This document shows, piece by piece, positions 37,205 to 45,461 of a stretch of DNA of 50,800 nt. The notes under the pieces are model-generated. The model saw only the letters and a program-made list of their open reading frames with translations, was not told the origin of the DNA and made no database searches. Location of the stretch: sequence record NC_047820.1. One strand, given 5' to 3'. This stretch comes from Escherichia phage vB_EcoS_ESCO41. Positions within the stretch are counted from its first letter, which is position 1. Each line of letters starts with the position of its first letter. Position numbers and translations under genes: made by a program.

Positions 37205-37233
37205 TTAATTTTACTCTTTAGCTTTTCGTGCCA
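37191..37233 (-). promoter_or_regulatory. degenerate palindrome-promoter cassette (minus): TGGCACGAAAAGCTA + 22 bp + CATAAT
   Basis: Same spacing as canonical cassettes; -10 lies in the hairpin loop. Confidence 0.4.
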
Positions 37234-37234
37234 T

Positions 37235-37423
37235 CTAAACAACAAAGTGATGAGTCATTCTCCGCGACAAAAAAGACTCAAGATATCTTTCAATTACTTC
37301 CTTTTTACCAGTTTTTTTGTTGTAGGCGTATGGAGTTCCGCTGGTGTTGTCAACTTTACCAACAAATTTGTCGCCATCAACGTTAAAGATTGCTACGAAT
37401 TTACATTTAGGTAATTTGTTCAT
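37235..37423 (-). CDS. hypothetical protein (62 aa)
   Basis: ORF preceded by leader CACATCGAAAGCAGG and RBS. Confidence 0.45.
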   Translation of the reverse strand: MNKLPKCKFVAIFNVDGDKFVGKVDNTSGTPYAYNKKTGKKEVIERYLESFLSRRMTHHFVV

Positions 37424-37465
37424 TTTGTATATCCTCGTTTGGTTTGCCTGCTTTCGATGTGGTCA

Positions 37466-37508
37466 ATCATACCTCATCAATGAGAAATGTCTTTAGCTTT
37501 TCGTGCCG
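37466..37508 (-). promoter_or_regulatory. degenerate palindrome-promoter cassette embedded in the 3' end of the HTH gene: CGGCACGAAAAGCTA + 22 bp + TATGAT
   Basis: Plus 37494-37508 palindrome-like, -10 at plus 37466-37471, then leader and gene 37235..37423. Confidence 0.45.
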
Positions 37509-37959
37509 CATCGTTAGCGGCCTTAATCTTGCGCCATGAACGACACTCTGGCTTAGTGGCTAGTTCAGCCTCGGTGACGACGCGCAGCATGTGACGCTTT
37601 TTGCAACGCAGCGTTAGCGGCTTACCGTTCCCGTCGAATTGCAGATCCGGTCGGCAGAACGTAGCGCGGAATCCCTCTCCAGTTCGTTTGTATCGGTTAT
37701 GAGCCAGCTGAGCGCCACGGGCCGACATCATGCCGCGCTTAAACCATTCCTCAACGGCCTGGCGACTAACTTTCAGTTGCTTTGCGATATTTGCCTTCGT
37801 TCCGTAGAAGTCGAGAACCATTTCCAGTCGCGCCCGAAGCCCCGCCTTTACTTCATCTTTTAAAACGTAGTAACCTGAAGGTCGTTTTCGTTGCTTTTTG
37901 TCTTCAGTGCGGACTGTTCCGTTGTTACCGTTAATAGTTCGCTTGTCAACTGCTTTCAT
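37477..37959 (-). CDS. basic DNA-binding protein with helix-turn-helix (candidate transcription regulator)
   Basis: HTH-like TKANIAKQLKVSRQAVEEWFKRG; Lys/Arg-rich; divergent from the helicase gene with a palindrome in between. Confidence 0.5.
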   Translation of the reverse strand: MKAVDKRTINGNNGTVRTEDKKQRKRPSGYYVLKDEVKAGLRARLEMVLDFYGTKANIAKQLKVSRQAVEEWFKRGMMSARGAQLAHNRYKRTGEGFRATFCRPDLQFDGNGKPLTLRCKKRHMLRVVTEAELATKPECRSWRKIKAANDAARKAKDISH

Positions 37960-37972
37960 TTTATCACCTCAA

Positions 37973-38015
37973 TAGCATTTTTTGTTAAAAGTCATTACGA
38001 TTTGATGGTAGTATT
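37973..38015 (+). promoter_or_regulatory. palindrome-promoter cassette: TAGCATTTTTTGTTA + 21-22 bp + TAGTAT
   Basis: Palindrome 37973-37987 sits 14 bp upstream of the divergent HTH gene start and upstream of the helicase gene. Confidence 0.5.
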
Positions 38016-38060
38016 GTACCAAATTAAACGCTACAAGACAATTTTTATAGGAATTTAGAT

Positions 38061-39242
38061 ATGTTGCCTATCGAGAAGTTGGTTGCGAACTTCGATAAAG
38101 AAAGAATCAAACAAATTCAGAGAGATTATCAGTTTGGCGAGATAACCCCTTACGAATTCCAGTGCGTTACATTTGATGCAATTGGAAAGGCTATTGGGAA
38201 GTATGAGGCCCCATTTATAGCAGACCTTTCCGTTTCTGCGGGTAAGACAATTATTCTTGCCATGATTGGTAAGCGCATGGAGCAATTAGGGTTGCCTTAT
38301 ATGGTTCTTTCTCGCCAGTCAGAGATAATCAGCCAGAACTCAGAAGAGCTCCGTAATTTCGGTATCCGTAACAGCGTATATTGCGCTGGCCTTAACGTTA
38401 AATCAGTTTACTACCCAACCATAGTGGCTAGTGAGGGTACGGCAGCCAATGGCTTATTTAAGGGGCTTGGTGACTATGTTCCTGCGGTTATCGCTATAGA
38501 TGAATGTCACATGCTTGATACCATAGATATTGTGGAAGCCGAAGAGAATGAAGAAACATTTGAGCAAATGAGCACAAAGAAAGGCGAGATGGTTTTTAAG
38601 GATGGCGTTAATACTGGATTGCTTGGTACTGGTCGTGCGCAGTACACGCTAATAATCACTGAGATGAAGCGTCGCTGCCGTGAAAAATACGGGCGGGAGC
38701 TTCGTATATTCGGCCTTACTGGTAGCCCTTATCGAAACAATGACCATATCGTCGTTAGCAATCCAAACATCCGTGGGTTCTGGCGAAAAACTGTGATTCA
38801 GGTTCCAACAAATTACCTTGTTGATTTGGGATTCGTGGTTCCTACTGTTTATGGCGAGGTTGGCGATTTAGGTTATGACCTTAGCGAGTTTGAGCCTGAC
38901 GGAAGCGATGGTGTGAAAGATTTCAGCAAGAAAGAAATGGATGCGATGGCTGCAAAGATTCACGACAATCAGTCAATGACTCAAAAAATAATGGGGTTTG
39001 TTGTAAAAATACTAGAGACTCGTAACGCCGCGCTGGTTACATGCGCTGGCAAGTTGCACTGCAGTGAAGCGGCTGCCGCACTGCCTGATGGATACCCTTA
39101 CGCAATCATTACTGATTCTACTGGCGAGAAAAAACGACGTGAGATTCTATCTGATTGCCAGACAGGTAAGTACAAAATAATATTCCAAATTGGGTGTCTA
39201 ACTACGGGCGTTTCGGTCCCGCCCTTACGCAATCATTACTGA
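38061..39242 (+). CDS. SF2 helicase, N-terminal part (reading frame broken by 127-bp tandem duplication)
   Basis: Walker A SVSAGKTI, DEAD-box-like AIDECHM; ORF stops 21 nt into the second repeat copy. Confidence 0.65.
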   Translation: MLPIEKLVANFDKERIKQIQRDYQFGEITPYEFQCVTFDAIGKAIGKYEAPFIADLSVSAGKTIILAMIGKRMEQLGLPYMVLSRQSEIISQNSEELRNFGIRNSVYCAGLNVKSVYYPTIVASEGTAANGLFKGLGDYVPAVIAIDECHMLDTIDIVEAEENEETFEQMSTKKGEMVFKDGVNTGLLGTGRAQYTLIITEMKRRCREKYGRELRIFGLTGSPYRNNDHIVVSNPNIRGFWRKTVIQVPTNYLVDLGFVVPTVYGEVGDLGYDLSEFEPDGSDGVKDFSKKEMDAMAAKIHDNQSMTQKIMGFVVKILETRNAALVTCAGKLHCSEAAAALPDGYPYAIITDSTGEKKRREILSDCQTGKYKIIFQIGCLTTGVSVPPLRNHY

Positions 39243-39348
39243 TTCTACTGGCGAGAAAAAACGACGTGAGATTCTATCTGATTGCCAGACAGGTAAGTAC
39301 AAAATAATATTCCAAATTGGGTGTCTAACTACGGGCGTTTCGGTCCCG
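39095..39348 (+). repeat. perfect tandem duplication, 2 x 127 bp (39095-39221 and 39222-39348), inside the helicase gene
   Basis: Base-by-base comparison; 127 is not a multiple of 3; deleting one copy restores a single ORF 38061..40182. Confidence 0.85.
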
Positions 39349-39369
39349 CCGTGGGACACAAGCGTTGTA

Positions 39370-40182
39370 TTGAGAAAGATTGGTAGCTTAACTCTCATGA
39401 TTCAGCTTCTTGGGCGAGGCATGCGAATTCTAAAGAAAAAGCATATAGAAATGGGGATGAAAAAAGATGATCACCTTGTTCTAGACTTCGCCGGCGCACT
39501 TGACGATATGGCCGAACTTTACTTTGACCCAATCATTGAAGAAATTCAGGCTGAGAAGTTCAAGTCCTCAAGGAAAGGTGGTGATGAGGTCCGGCAGTGC
39601 CCGCAGTGTGGATATGAGAACTCACCATTTGCTCGACGCTGTAGCAACAAGATTGATGGAAAGCGCTGTGAGCACTTTTTCAGCTTTACGGTTTGTGAAG
39701 ATATTACTGACCCACAAACAAAGTCCGTCATCAAGAAAGGTTGCGGTACTCGCAACGACATAGCAGCAAAGGTTTGTCGTGAATGCGGAGAAATGCTTAA
39801 AGACCCTAATGCTAATCTAACCGGTAAGATGTATCGTCGTGGTGATTACCTCCGAGTTTATGATTTTCAAGTTGGTTTAAGTAAGAACCAGACTGGAATA
39901 GTTGTTAAATACAACATCATGGCGCATAACGGAGAGCGGTTTAATGCTTGGGAGTTCTTTAATCCAGAATCAGACCATCGAGTTTGCAGCGTGCTTTGGA
40001 AAAATTTCTGCCTATCCCATATTGAGAATCGCACAGAAGCAGCACGAATTGCTAAACTTCGCAGCGCAAAAATGATTATGATGAACGTAGATAAATTCCG
40101 TGCTCCTGTGCAGGTAACTCACAGAAAGAATGGCAAAGGAAAGGACATAATAGCTTTTAAGAATTTTGGAGAATTATTATGA
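39370..40182 (+). CDS. SF2 helicase, C-terminal part (motif VI plus Cys-rich zinc-finger-like region); possibly a pseudogene fragment
   Basis: QLLGRGMR helicase motif VI; CPQCG..RRCSNK..CEHF and CGTRND..CRECG; frame continuous with upstream ORF if one repeat copy is removed. Confidence 0.55.
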   Translation: MRKIGSLTLMIQLLGRGMRILKKKHIEMGMKKDDHLVLDFAGALDDMAELYFDPIIEEIQAEKFKSSRKGGDEVRQCPQCGYENSPFARRCSNKIDGKRCEHFFSFTVCEDITDPQTKSVIKKGCGTRNDIAAKVCRECGEMLKDPNANLTGKMYRRGDYLRVYDFQVGLSKNQTGIVVKYNIMAHNGERFNAWEFFNPESDHRVCSVLWKNFCLSHIENRTEAARIAKLRSAKMIMMNVDKFRAPVQVTHRKNGKGKDIIAFKNFGELL

Positions 40183-40655
40183 ATTGGAATGAGTGTTTTT
40201 ACTATGACAATGGCGTTTTGAGGTGGAAAATCCGCAGGGCTAATTGCGTTAAAATTGGTGACGAGGTCGGATTTAAACACGAGAGAGAGGGTTATAGGTT
40301 TTTCTGTAGGGACAGAAAACAATACTCTACACACAGAGTAATATGGGAAATGTTTTACGGACCAATACCGAAGGGCATGGAGATAGATCACATTAATCAC
40401 GTTAGGGATGACAATAGAATAGAAAACCTTAGACTTGTAAGTAAGCAATCAAATATGGAGAACAAATCGAAATACAAGAACAACAAAAGCGGATTTACTG
40501 GAGTGAGCTTCGAAAGTAAGTCTGGTCGGTGGTCTGTGAGTGTTGGGTCAAAAAGATACGGAAGATTCGATAACATCGAGCACGCAAAAATATGCGCAAT
40601 GATAGTTAGGGCTGAACTTGGATACCACGATAACCATGGGGATTATTTCCAGTGA
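40179..40655 (+). CDS. HNH homing endonuclease
   Basis: IDHINHVRDDNRIENLRL motif; paralog of 10187 and 12823 genes. Confidence 0.75.
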   Translation: MNWNECFYYDNGVLRWKIRRANCVKIGDEVGFKHEREGYRFFCRDRKQYSTHRVIWEMFYGPIPKGMEIDHINHVRDDNRIENLRLVSKQSNMENKSKYKNNKSGFTGVSFESKSGRWSVSVGSKRYGRFDNIEHAKICAMIVRAELGYHDNHGDYFQ

Positions 40656-41071
40656 ATATTACAGATAAGGTTGATTACATTGAGTTTTACCCGGGCCCTG
40701 TTAAATCATGCCCAAAGGAGGATGACGAACAAATATTTTGCTCTGATTGGGTTAAGTATAACTATCCAGAGATGGTATTTTTCCACTGCGTGAATGAGGG
40801 TAAGAAAACCATTGGACAAGCAAGAAAGGACCAGGCTAAAGGATTGCTTAAGGGGGTTTCGGACTGCTTATTCCTGATGCCTGAATCGCTGCGTGGCAAA
40901 TACCCTTTCGGTGCCATAGAGCTAAAGAGAGCAGGAAAAACCCAAGCAAGCCCAGTCAGTGACGAACAGAAGTCATTCCTTAAAAGCGTAAGGGAATCAG
41001 GAGGTTTTGCTGGGGTTGCCTACGGGCGTGAAGGTTTTCTTGCGGCATTTAAAGAGATGATTTCAAAATAG
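40652..41071 (+). CDS. VRR-NUC-like nuclease domain protein (putative)
   Basis: PD-(D/E)xK-like pattern around ..FLMPE..GAIELKRAGK..; low-certainty motif reading. Confidence 0.4.
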   Translation: MNITDKVDYIEFYPGPVKSCPKEDDEQIFCSDWVKYNYPEMVFFHCVNEGKKTIGQARKDQAKGLLKGVSDCLFLMPESLRGKYPFGAIELKRAGKTQASPVSDEQKSFLKSVRESGGFAGVAYGREGFLAAFKEMISK

Positions 41072-41111
41072 CACGAATTGATAAAGACTAATCGGTGAGG
41101 TGGTGTATTAT
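41069..41111 (+). promoter_or_regulatory. palindrome-promoter cassette: TAGCACGAATTGATA + 22 bp + TATTAT
   Basis: Palindrome 41069-41083 overlaps stop; -10-like 41106-41111 in loop of GAGGTG..CACCTC hairpin; leader CATCGAAACGAAG. Confidence 0.55.
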
Positions 41112-41150
41112 CACCTCATCGAAACGAAGTAACCAACCAAGGAAATCAAA

Positions 41151-41423
41151 ATGAAAAAGTCAATCATCGCTCTACTGGCAGTTGTGGCAATGGCAGGTTG
41201 TGCAGAAGATACCAAGTTTTACGATTGCGGCAAGGAATCCTTCACAGTAACCAAGTCACAGATTGTTTCAGATAAGGGCGTTGTTATTGAGCGTGAAGGC
41301 GATCACTACGAACTGCAAACTTTCTTAGGGAAGGCAGTTTACAACGTGACTGAAAGTCAGGTCAAAGTTAGCGTCGGCGGGTTCGTCGCTGTGAATAACT
41401 GCAAAGTTACCGAGGTTAAATGA
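41151..41423 (+). CDS. small lipoprotein (90 aa)
   Basis: MKKSIIALLAVVAMAGCAED: signal peptide plus lipobox. Confidence 0.55.
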   Translation: MKKSIIALLAVVAMAGCAEDTKFYDCGKESFTVTKSQIVSDKGVVIEREGDHYELQTFLGKAVYNVTESQVKVSVGGFVAVNNCKVTEVK

Positions 41424-41424
41424 G

Positions 41425-42153
41425 ATGATCGACTCAAATGACAAAGATACCCATGACGCATTCGTTAGCTTTGAACAGATCGAGCGTGAAAACTTTGTTA
41501 CCAATGCGCTTGTTCCTGGGAACGGTCATTACCAGGCGGTCAAGCCTGATACCTTCTATCAGGTAACTGGAAACCGATATGCCGGAAGCAAGACGCCTGA
41601 CGCAGTTCGTGACCTATGGGCCACTGACAGAGAAGTAATCTCATGGATGGAGCTTCGTTATGGGAAGTATGACATTGACGCCGCCGACAGCGCTAACAAT
41701 GCTGTTTGCGAAAAGTTCTACAGCGAACAAGTGAACTGCCTAAAAATCTGGTGGGGTAGCAATAAGCACATCTGGCTTAATCCGCCGTACTCACATCCAG
41801 ATCCTTTCGTGAAGAAAGCGATTGAACAAATGGAGCACAACAATCAGATTGATATGTTGCTTCCTGGTGATAACTCTACGGCATGGTTTGCCGAGGCCAG
41901 ACGCAACGCGGCTGAAATCATCTGGATTGAGGCGGACATCACAGAGATTGACAGTCAGGAATATTGCCGGACGGGGCGGTTGGCATTCATCTCTGGACTG
42001 ACCGGAAAGCCTGTCGATGGCAACAATAAAGGTAGCGTTATTTTTGTCATGCGAAAACTGCAAGAAGGCGAGACGCAGAAAACGACATACGTTAGCGTTG
42101 CCGATATTTGTCCTGGCGTAAGCCGCAAGAAACCACGTAAGCGGAGTGTTTAA
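41425..42153 (+). CDS. DNA N6-adenine methyltransferase (Dam-like)
   Basis: Catalytic NPPY motif in IWLNPPYSHPD; 242 aa. Confidence 0.65.
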   Translation: MIDSNDKDTHDAFVSFEQIERENFVTNALVPGNGHYQAVKPDTFYQVTGNRYAGSKTPDAVRDLWATDREVISWMELRYGKYDIDAADSANNAVCEKFYSEQVNCLKIWWGSNKHIWLNPPYSHPDPFVKKAIEQMEHNNQIDMLLPGDNSTAWFAEARRNAAEIIWIEADITEIDSQEYCRTGRLAFISGLTGKPVDGNNKGSVIFVMRKLQEGETQKTTYVSVADICPGVSRKKPRKRSV

Positions 42154-42385
42154 GATGGAAAAGTTGCAATTTGATTTAACTGAGCAGGGGCAATTCCTTT
42201 TATTTCGCGGCCTTGTTTGCACGGCTCTTACAATGGCTGGGTTCAAGGGTGATGCTTGGGTATTCTCAAATCTTGACATGTCATTTGAAGAGGTCCAAGG
42301 CACTCCATTTGAATCATGGTCAAGATCAATAGCAAAAGATCTCGCAGACTATAAGCGCGATTGCCCTGAAGATTTTAACCAATAG
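42146..42385 (+). CDS. hypothetical protein (79 aa)
   Basis: Overlaps methylase stop; own stop inside palindrome. Confidence 0.45.
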   Translation: MFKMEKLQFDLTEQGQFLLFRGLVCTALTMAGFKGDAWVFSNLDMSFEEVQGTPFESWSRSIAKDLADYKRDCPEDFNQ

Positions 42386-42425
42386 CACGAATTGCTAAAC
42401 ATACCCGCCGCCGTGCGGGTATACT
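42383..42425 (+). promoter_or_regulatory. palindrome-promoter cassette: TAGCACGAATTGCTA + 22 bp + TATACT
   Basis: Palindrome 42383-42397; -10-like 42420-42425; leader CACACCAAAGAAACGAGG. Confidence 0.55.
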
Positions 42426-42455
42426 TCTTTCACACCAAAGAAACGAGGAATCACC

Positions 42456-42689
42456 ATGAAAAAGCAACCTTTTAGCACTTACAACCAGCAGGCATACCGT
42501 AAAAATATTTTACTGCCGCACCTGCTTCGCATGGCTAATGAGTGCGCAAGTGAAGCGCTGTCGCTTGGTAAGGACGGCGGTCTTGACGAAGTGATTGCCG
42601 TTACTTATCTCAAGGGCGCTTATGGTCACTTGCCGATCGCAGACTATCAAGCTATGTCAGGGAGCTTTGACATTTATGGTAACTGTTGA
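42456..42689 (+). CDS. hypothetical protein (77 aa)
   Basis: ORF after cassette/leader/RBS. Confidence 0.45.
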   Translation: MKKQPFSTYNQQAYRKNILLPHLLRMANECASEALSLGKDGGLDEVIAVTYLKGAYGHLPIADYQAMSGSFDIYGNC

Positions 42690-42921
42690 GGTAGGTCGTC
42701 AGGCTGTTTGGGATCACTGCAAGGAGGCGGGCATAAGTGATGATATTGCTCTTATAGCAAAGTATTTCGATATTAAAGATATATGCGTCATTTTCAACGG
42801 AAAGATGACGTATATACACGAAAGGCCACGTAAGCTGATCAGGGTTCCGGCAAATTCGGTGAAGATTGACTACAGGGCCTGCATTCAAGCAACGAAAGAC
42901 GCAGCGAGAAGATATAAATGA
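42676..42921 (+). CDS. hypothetical protein (81 aa); start chosen at ATG 42676
   Basis: ATG overlaps upstream stop by 14 nt; ORF-track start 42595 would overlap by 95 nt. Confidence 0.4.
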   Translation: MVTVEVGRQAVWDHCKEAGISDDIALIAKYFDIKDICVIFNGKMTYIHERPRKLIRVPANSVKIDYRACIQATKDAARRYK

Positions 42922-43169
42922 ACTTACCAGGCCTTGATTTTGACGCTGACAAATATCCGACTTGCAGCAACAACAATGAGACGTTCGCAATCATCCCTTT
43001 CTCTGACTGGTTACCTTCTGACTTCGAAGATGTGCCATGTTCGCGCGGCGGCGGGTATCGCCTGATGTATTTTAGCCCGTCAACTGGTATGATGGCTCCC
43101 AGCGAATCAGAGGAAGCAGGTGAGGCGGTTGAGCCAAATACTTTAACAACATGGTTGAAAAAGATTTGA
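42918..43169 (+). CDS. hypothetical acidic protein (83 aa)
   Basis: ATGA overlap with upstream gene. Confidence 0.45.
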   Translation: MNLPGLDFDADKYPTCSNNNETFAIIPFSDWLPSDFEDVPCSRGGGYRLMYFSPSTGMMAPSESEEAGEAVEPNTLTTWLKKI

Positions 43170-43250
43170 TGCGCTGCTTAATTGCTGTATTATTACCGCC
43201 GATAACTGGCTTTATTATCATATACTTAATAACACGATAAGGATTTAAAA

Positions 43251-44381
43251 ATGGCTATTCAGAAAATTAGTGACGAACAATTCATTGCAGAACGTGAAGC
43301 TGGTAAAACACTTCGTCAAATTTCCCAGGAATACGGAATGAACATCCGCACCGTAGAGCAACGCTCAAGCAACCTGGCCAAGAGAGGTCACGGACACGGT
43401 AACAAAGCTGTTGCTAAATATGTTCCTGATGGATTCGCTGTAAAAGGCACGTCAACCATGATTGATGCGGAAGGTAACGAGAAGATTCGGTGGGTTAAGA
43501 CCTCAATTGATAATGAGCGCCTTGAGGTTCTGATGGAGCAGGCTCGCGAGGCATTCTGCTCAGAGTTGCCGAAGGCAGATGTGGTAATCCATTCAGGCAA
43601 TGAGGTCAACTCTGAATTAATGACTCTTTACCCTATTTTCGATATCCATATTGGCATGATGGCACATCGCCATGAATCTGGTGAGAATTATGACACTAAC
43701 ACGGCAGAGAAATTAATGTGGTCATATTTTGACCATGCAATCTCTGTATCACCAGCCTCAGAGAAAGCTGTGATTTTAGTTGGTGGAGACTTCCTCCACT
43801 CCGATGGGTTGGAGGCGGTAACTCCAGCAAGCGGACACTGCCTTGATCAGGATAGCCGATATGCTAAGTTAGTTTATGTTGCGATTCGCTCAATTCGTGG
43901 TGCCGTAGGGAAGATGCTTAAGAAGCATAAAAATGTCGAGATTCAGATTATAGAGGGAAATCATGACCAAAGTGGTATGATTTGGCTTCGCGCGGCAATG
44001 GCTGCATTTTATGAAGACGAGAGTAGAGTGTTTGTTGATACCAGTCCGGCAATCATGCACAAAACACGATTTGGTTCAACACTACTTGGTTACACGCACG
44101 GTCACACGATGAAGAAAGCTGAGGGTCGACTTGCAGCAATGGCGACCGACTACCGCAAAGACTTTGGTGAATGTGAGTTTGTTTACTGCCACTCCGGCCA
44201 TTTCCATCATGCAACTGTTACAGAGTGCACTCTTGGGATTGACGAGGTTCACCCAGCGCTGGCTAGCAAGGATGCATATGCCGCTCGAGGAGGGTGGCGA
44301 TCATATCGTCAAGCTGCTGCAATCATCTATCACAAGGATTTCGGTGAGGTCGGTAGACACATTTATCGCCCAGGTATGTAA
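43251..44381 (+). CDS. calcineurin-like metallophosphoesterase with N-terminal HTH-like segment
   Basis: GGDFLHSD and GNHD phosphoesterase motifs; N-terminal GKTLRQISQEYGMNIRTVEQ. Confidence 0.55.
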   Translation: MAIQKISDEQFIAEREAGKTLRQISQEYGMNIRTVEQRSSNLAKRGHGHGNKAVAKYVPDGFAVKGTSTMIDAEGNEKIRWVKTSIDNERLEVLMEQAREAFCSELPKADVVIHSGNEVNSELMTLYPIFDIHIGMMAHRHESGENYDTNTAEKLMWSYFDHAISVSPASEKAVILVGGDFLHSDGLEAVTPASGHCLDQDSRYAKLVYVAIRSIRGAVGKMLKKHKNVEIQIIEGNHDQSGMIWLRAAMAAFYEDESRVFVDTSPAIMHKTRFGSTLLGYTHGHTMKKAEGRLAAMATDYRKDFGECEFVYCHSGHFHHATVTECTLGIDEVHPALASKDAYAARGGWRSYRQAAAIIYHKDFGEVGRHIYRPGM

Positions 44382-44382
44382 G

Positions 44383-44426
44383 TAGCACTTTTTGCATAAC
44401 ACTATAGCGCCGAAAGGCGCTATATT
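44383..44426 (+). promoter_or_regulatory. palindrome-promoter cassette (variant half-site): TAGCACTTTTTGCAT + 23 bp + TATATT
   Basis: Starts 2 nt after stop TAA; hairpin AGCGCC-gaaa-GGCGCT in spacer. Confidence 0.5.
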
Positions 44427-44453
44427 CATATCTCACCCACAGAGGATTCAATC

Positions 44454-44627
44454 ATGGTTAAATTATTTTGCGTTAAGAACACATCTAAAACCCTTCCTTT
44501 CACTGTTAACAATCCGTACAGCGCCGAGTATCAAGGTGACGGTAACTACAAGATTTACGGCGACGATATGACGTGGATTTTTGCGCCGATTGATGGTGCG
44601 CTGGTTGAATTTATTATCGCTGACTAG
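44454..44627 (+). CDS. small hypothetical protein (57 aa, below ORF-track cutoff)
   Basis: ATG 44454 preceded by CACAGAGGATTCAATC RBS; ends TAG 44625-44627. Confidence 0.35.
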   Translation: MVKLFCVKNTSKTLPFTVNNPYSAEYQGDGNYKIYGDDMTWIFAPIDGALVEFIIAD

Positions 44628-44654
44628 CGCAATAAAAACATAACGTTAAGCACG

Positions 44655-44680
44655 GGGAGCCTTTAGGCTCCCTTTTTTTT
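44655..44680 (+). terminator. rho-independent terminator before the lysis cassette
   Basis: GGGAGCC-ttta-GGCTCCC followed by T8. Confidence 0.7.
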
Positions 44681-44759
44681 CGCTTCTTTTTCATACCATG
44701 CTAATGTATTATGTTTTTTACTAACTGAGATATTGACAAATACATAAAAGGTGGATCAC

Positions 44760-44975
44760 ATGAGAGAGGTAATTAACGCCGCTACAGCGTCAACTGGCGG
44801 GGCTGCGGTAACTGGAGCGGCAACTGGTCAAGTGACCATAGCAATAATCAGCCTTATCGCTCTAATCATTTTTGGTGCGTGGGGTGCTTACTGGAAGTTT
44901 AAGGATAGCCAGGCGATTAGGCGCGCTCTTGAATCAGGAGACTTAAAAACAGCAATCAAGATAAGGAGCAAGTAA
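44760..44975 (+). CDS. putative holin (pinholin-like); start ATG 44760
   Basis: 71 aa with one hydrophobic segment VTIAIISLIALIIFGAWGAYW and charged C-terminus; RBS GGTGG; immediately upstream of endolysin. Confidence 0.5.
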   Translation: MREVINAATASTGGAAVTGAATGQVTIAIISLIALIIFGAWGAYWKFKDSQAIRRALESGDLKTAIKIRSK

Positions 44976-45461
44976 ATGAAGCAGAAGTTGTTAATTAGTG
45001 CGGCTACAGCTGCGGCAATATACATAGCAGCGCCGCTTATTGAGCTTGTCGAGGGTGTGGAGAACAGGCCTTACATTGACATTGCTGGAGTGAAAACAGT
45101 TTGTTCAGGGATCACTGGCCCAGACGTAGTTTGGGGTAAAGCTTACAGTAACAGGGAGTGCCGGAACCTGCTGGAGAAATACATTCAGATTCATGGCAAG
45201 TATGTTCAGAACGCCGTCACCTACCCAATCGCACCAGAGACAAGGGCGGCTTTAATCAGCTTTAGCTACAACGTTGGCGGTTCAGCAATGAGGAAATCCA
45301 CTGCTATTAAGTTGATTAATCAGGGTAAGATTGAGCAGGGTTGCAAGGCTCTGGGGATGTGGAACAAAGCTACCGTTAATGGAAAAAAGGTTGTCGTTAA
45401 GGGTTTGGTGAATCGCAGGAATGAGGAGATTAAATTATGTTTAAGCGGAATTGGAAAGTAG
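44976..45461 (+). CDS. endolysin, phage lysozyme family with N-terminal SAR-like hydrophobic segment
   Basis: LVEGVENRPYIDIAGVKTVCSGITG and ISFSYNVGGSA resemble phage 21 R / P1 Lyz (Glu-Asp-Thr catalytic triad region), recalled from memory. Confidence 0.75.
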   Translation: MKQKLLISAATAAAIYIAAPLIELVEGVENRPYIDIAGVKTVCSGITGPDVVWGKAYSNRECRNLLEKYIQIHGKYVQNAVTYPIAPETRAALISFSYNVGGSAMRKSTAIKLINQGKIEQGCKALGMWNKATVNGKKVVVKGLVNRRNEEIKLCLSGIGK

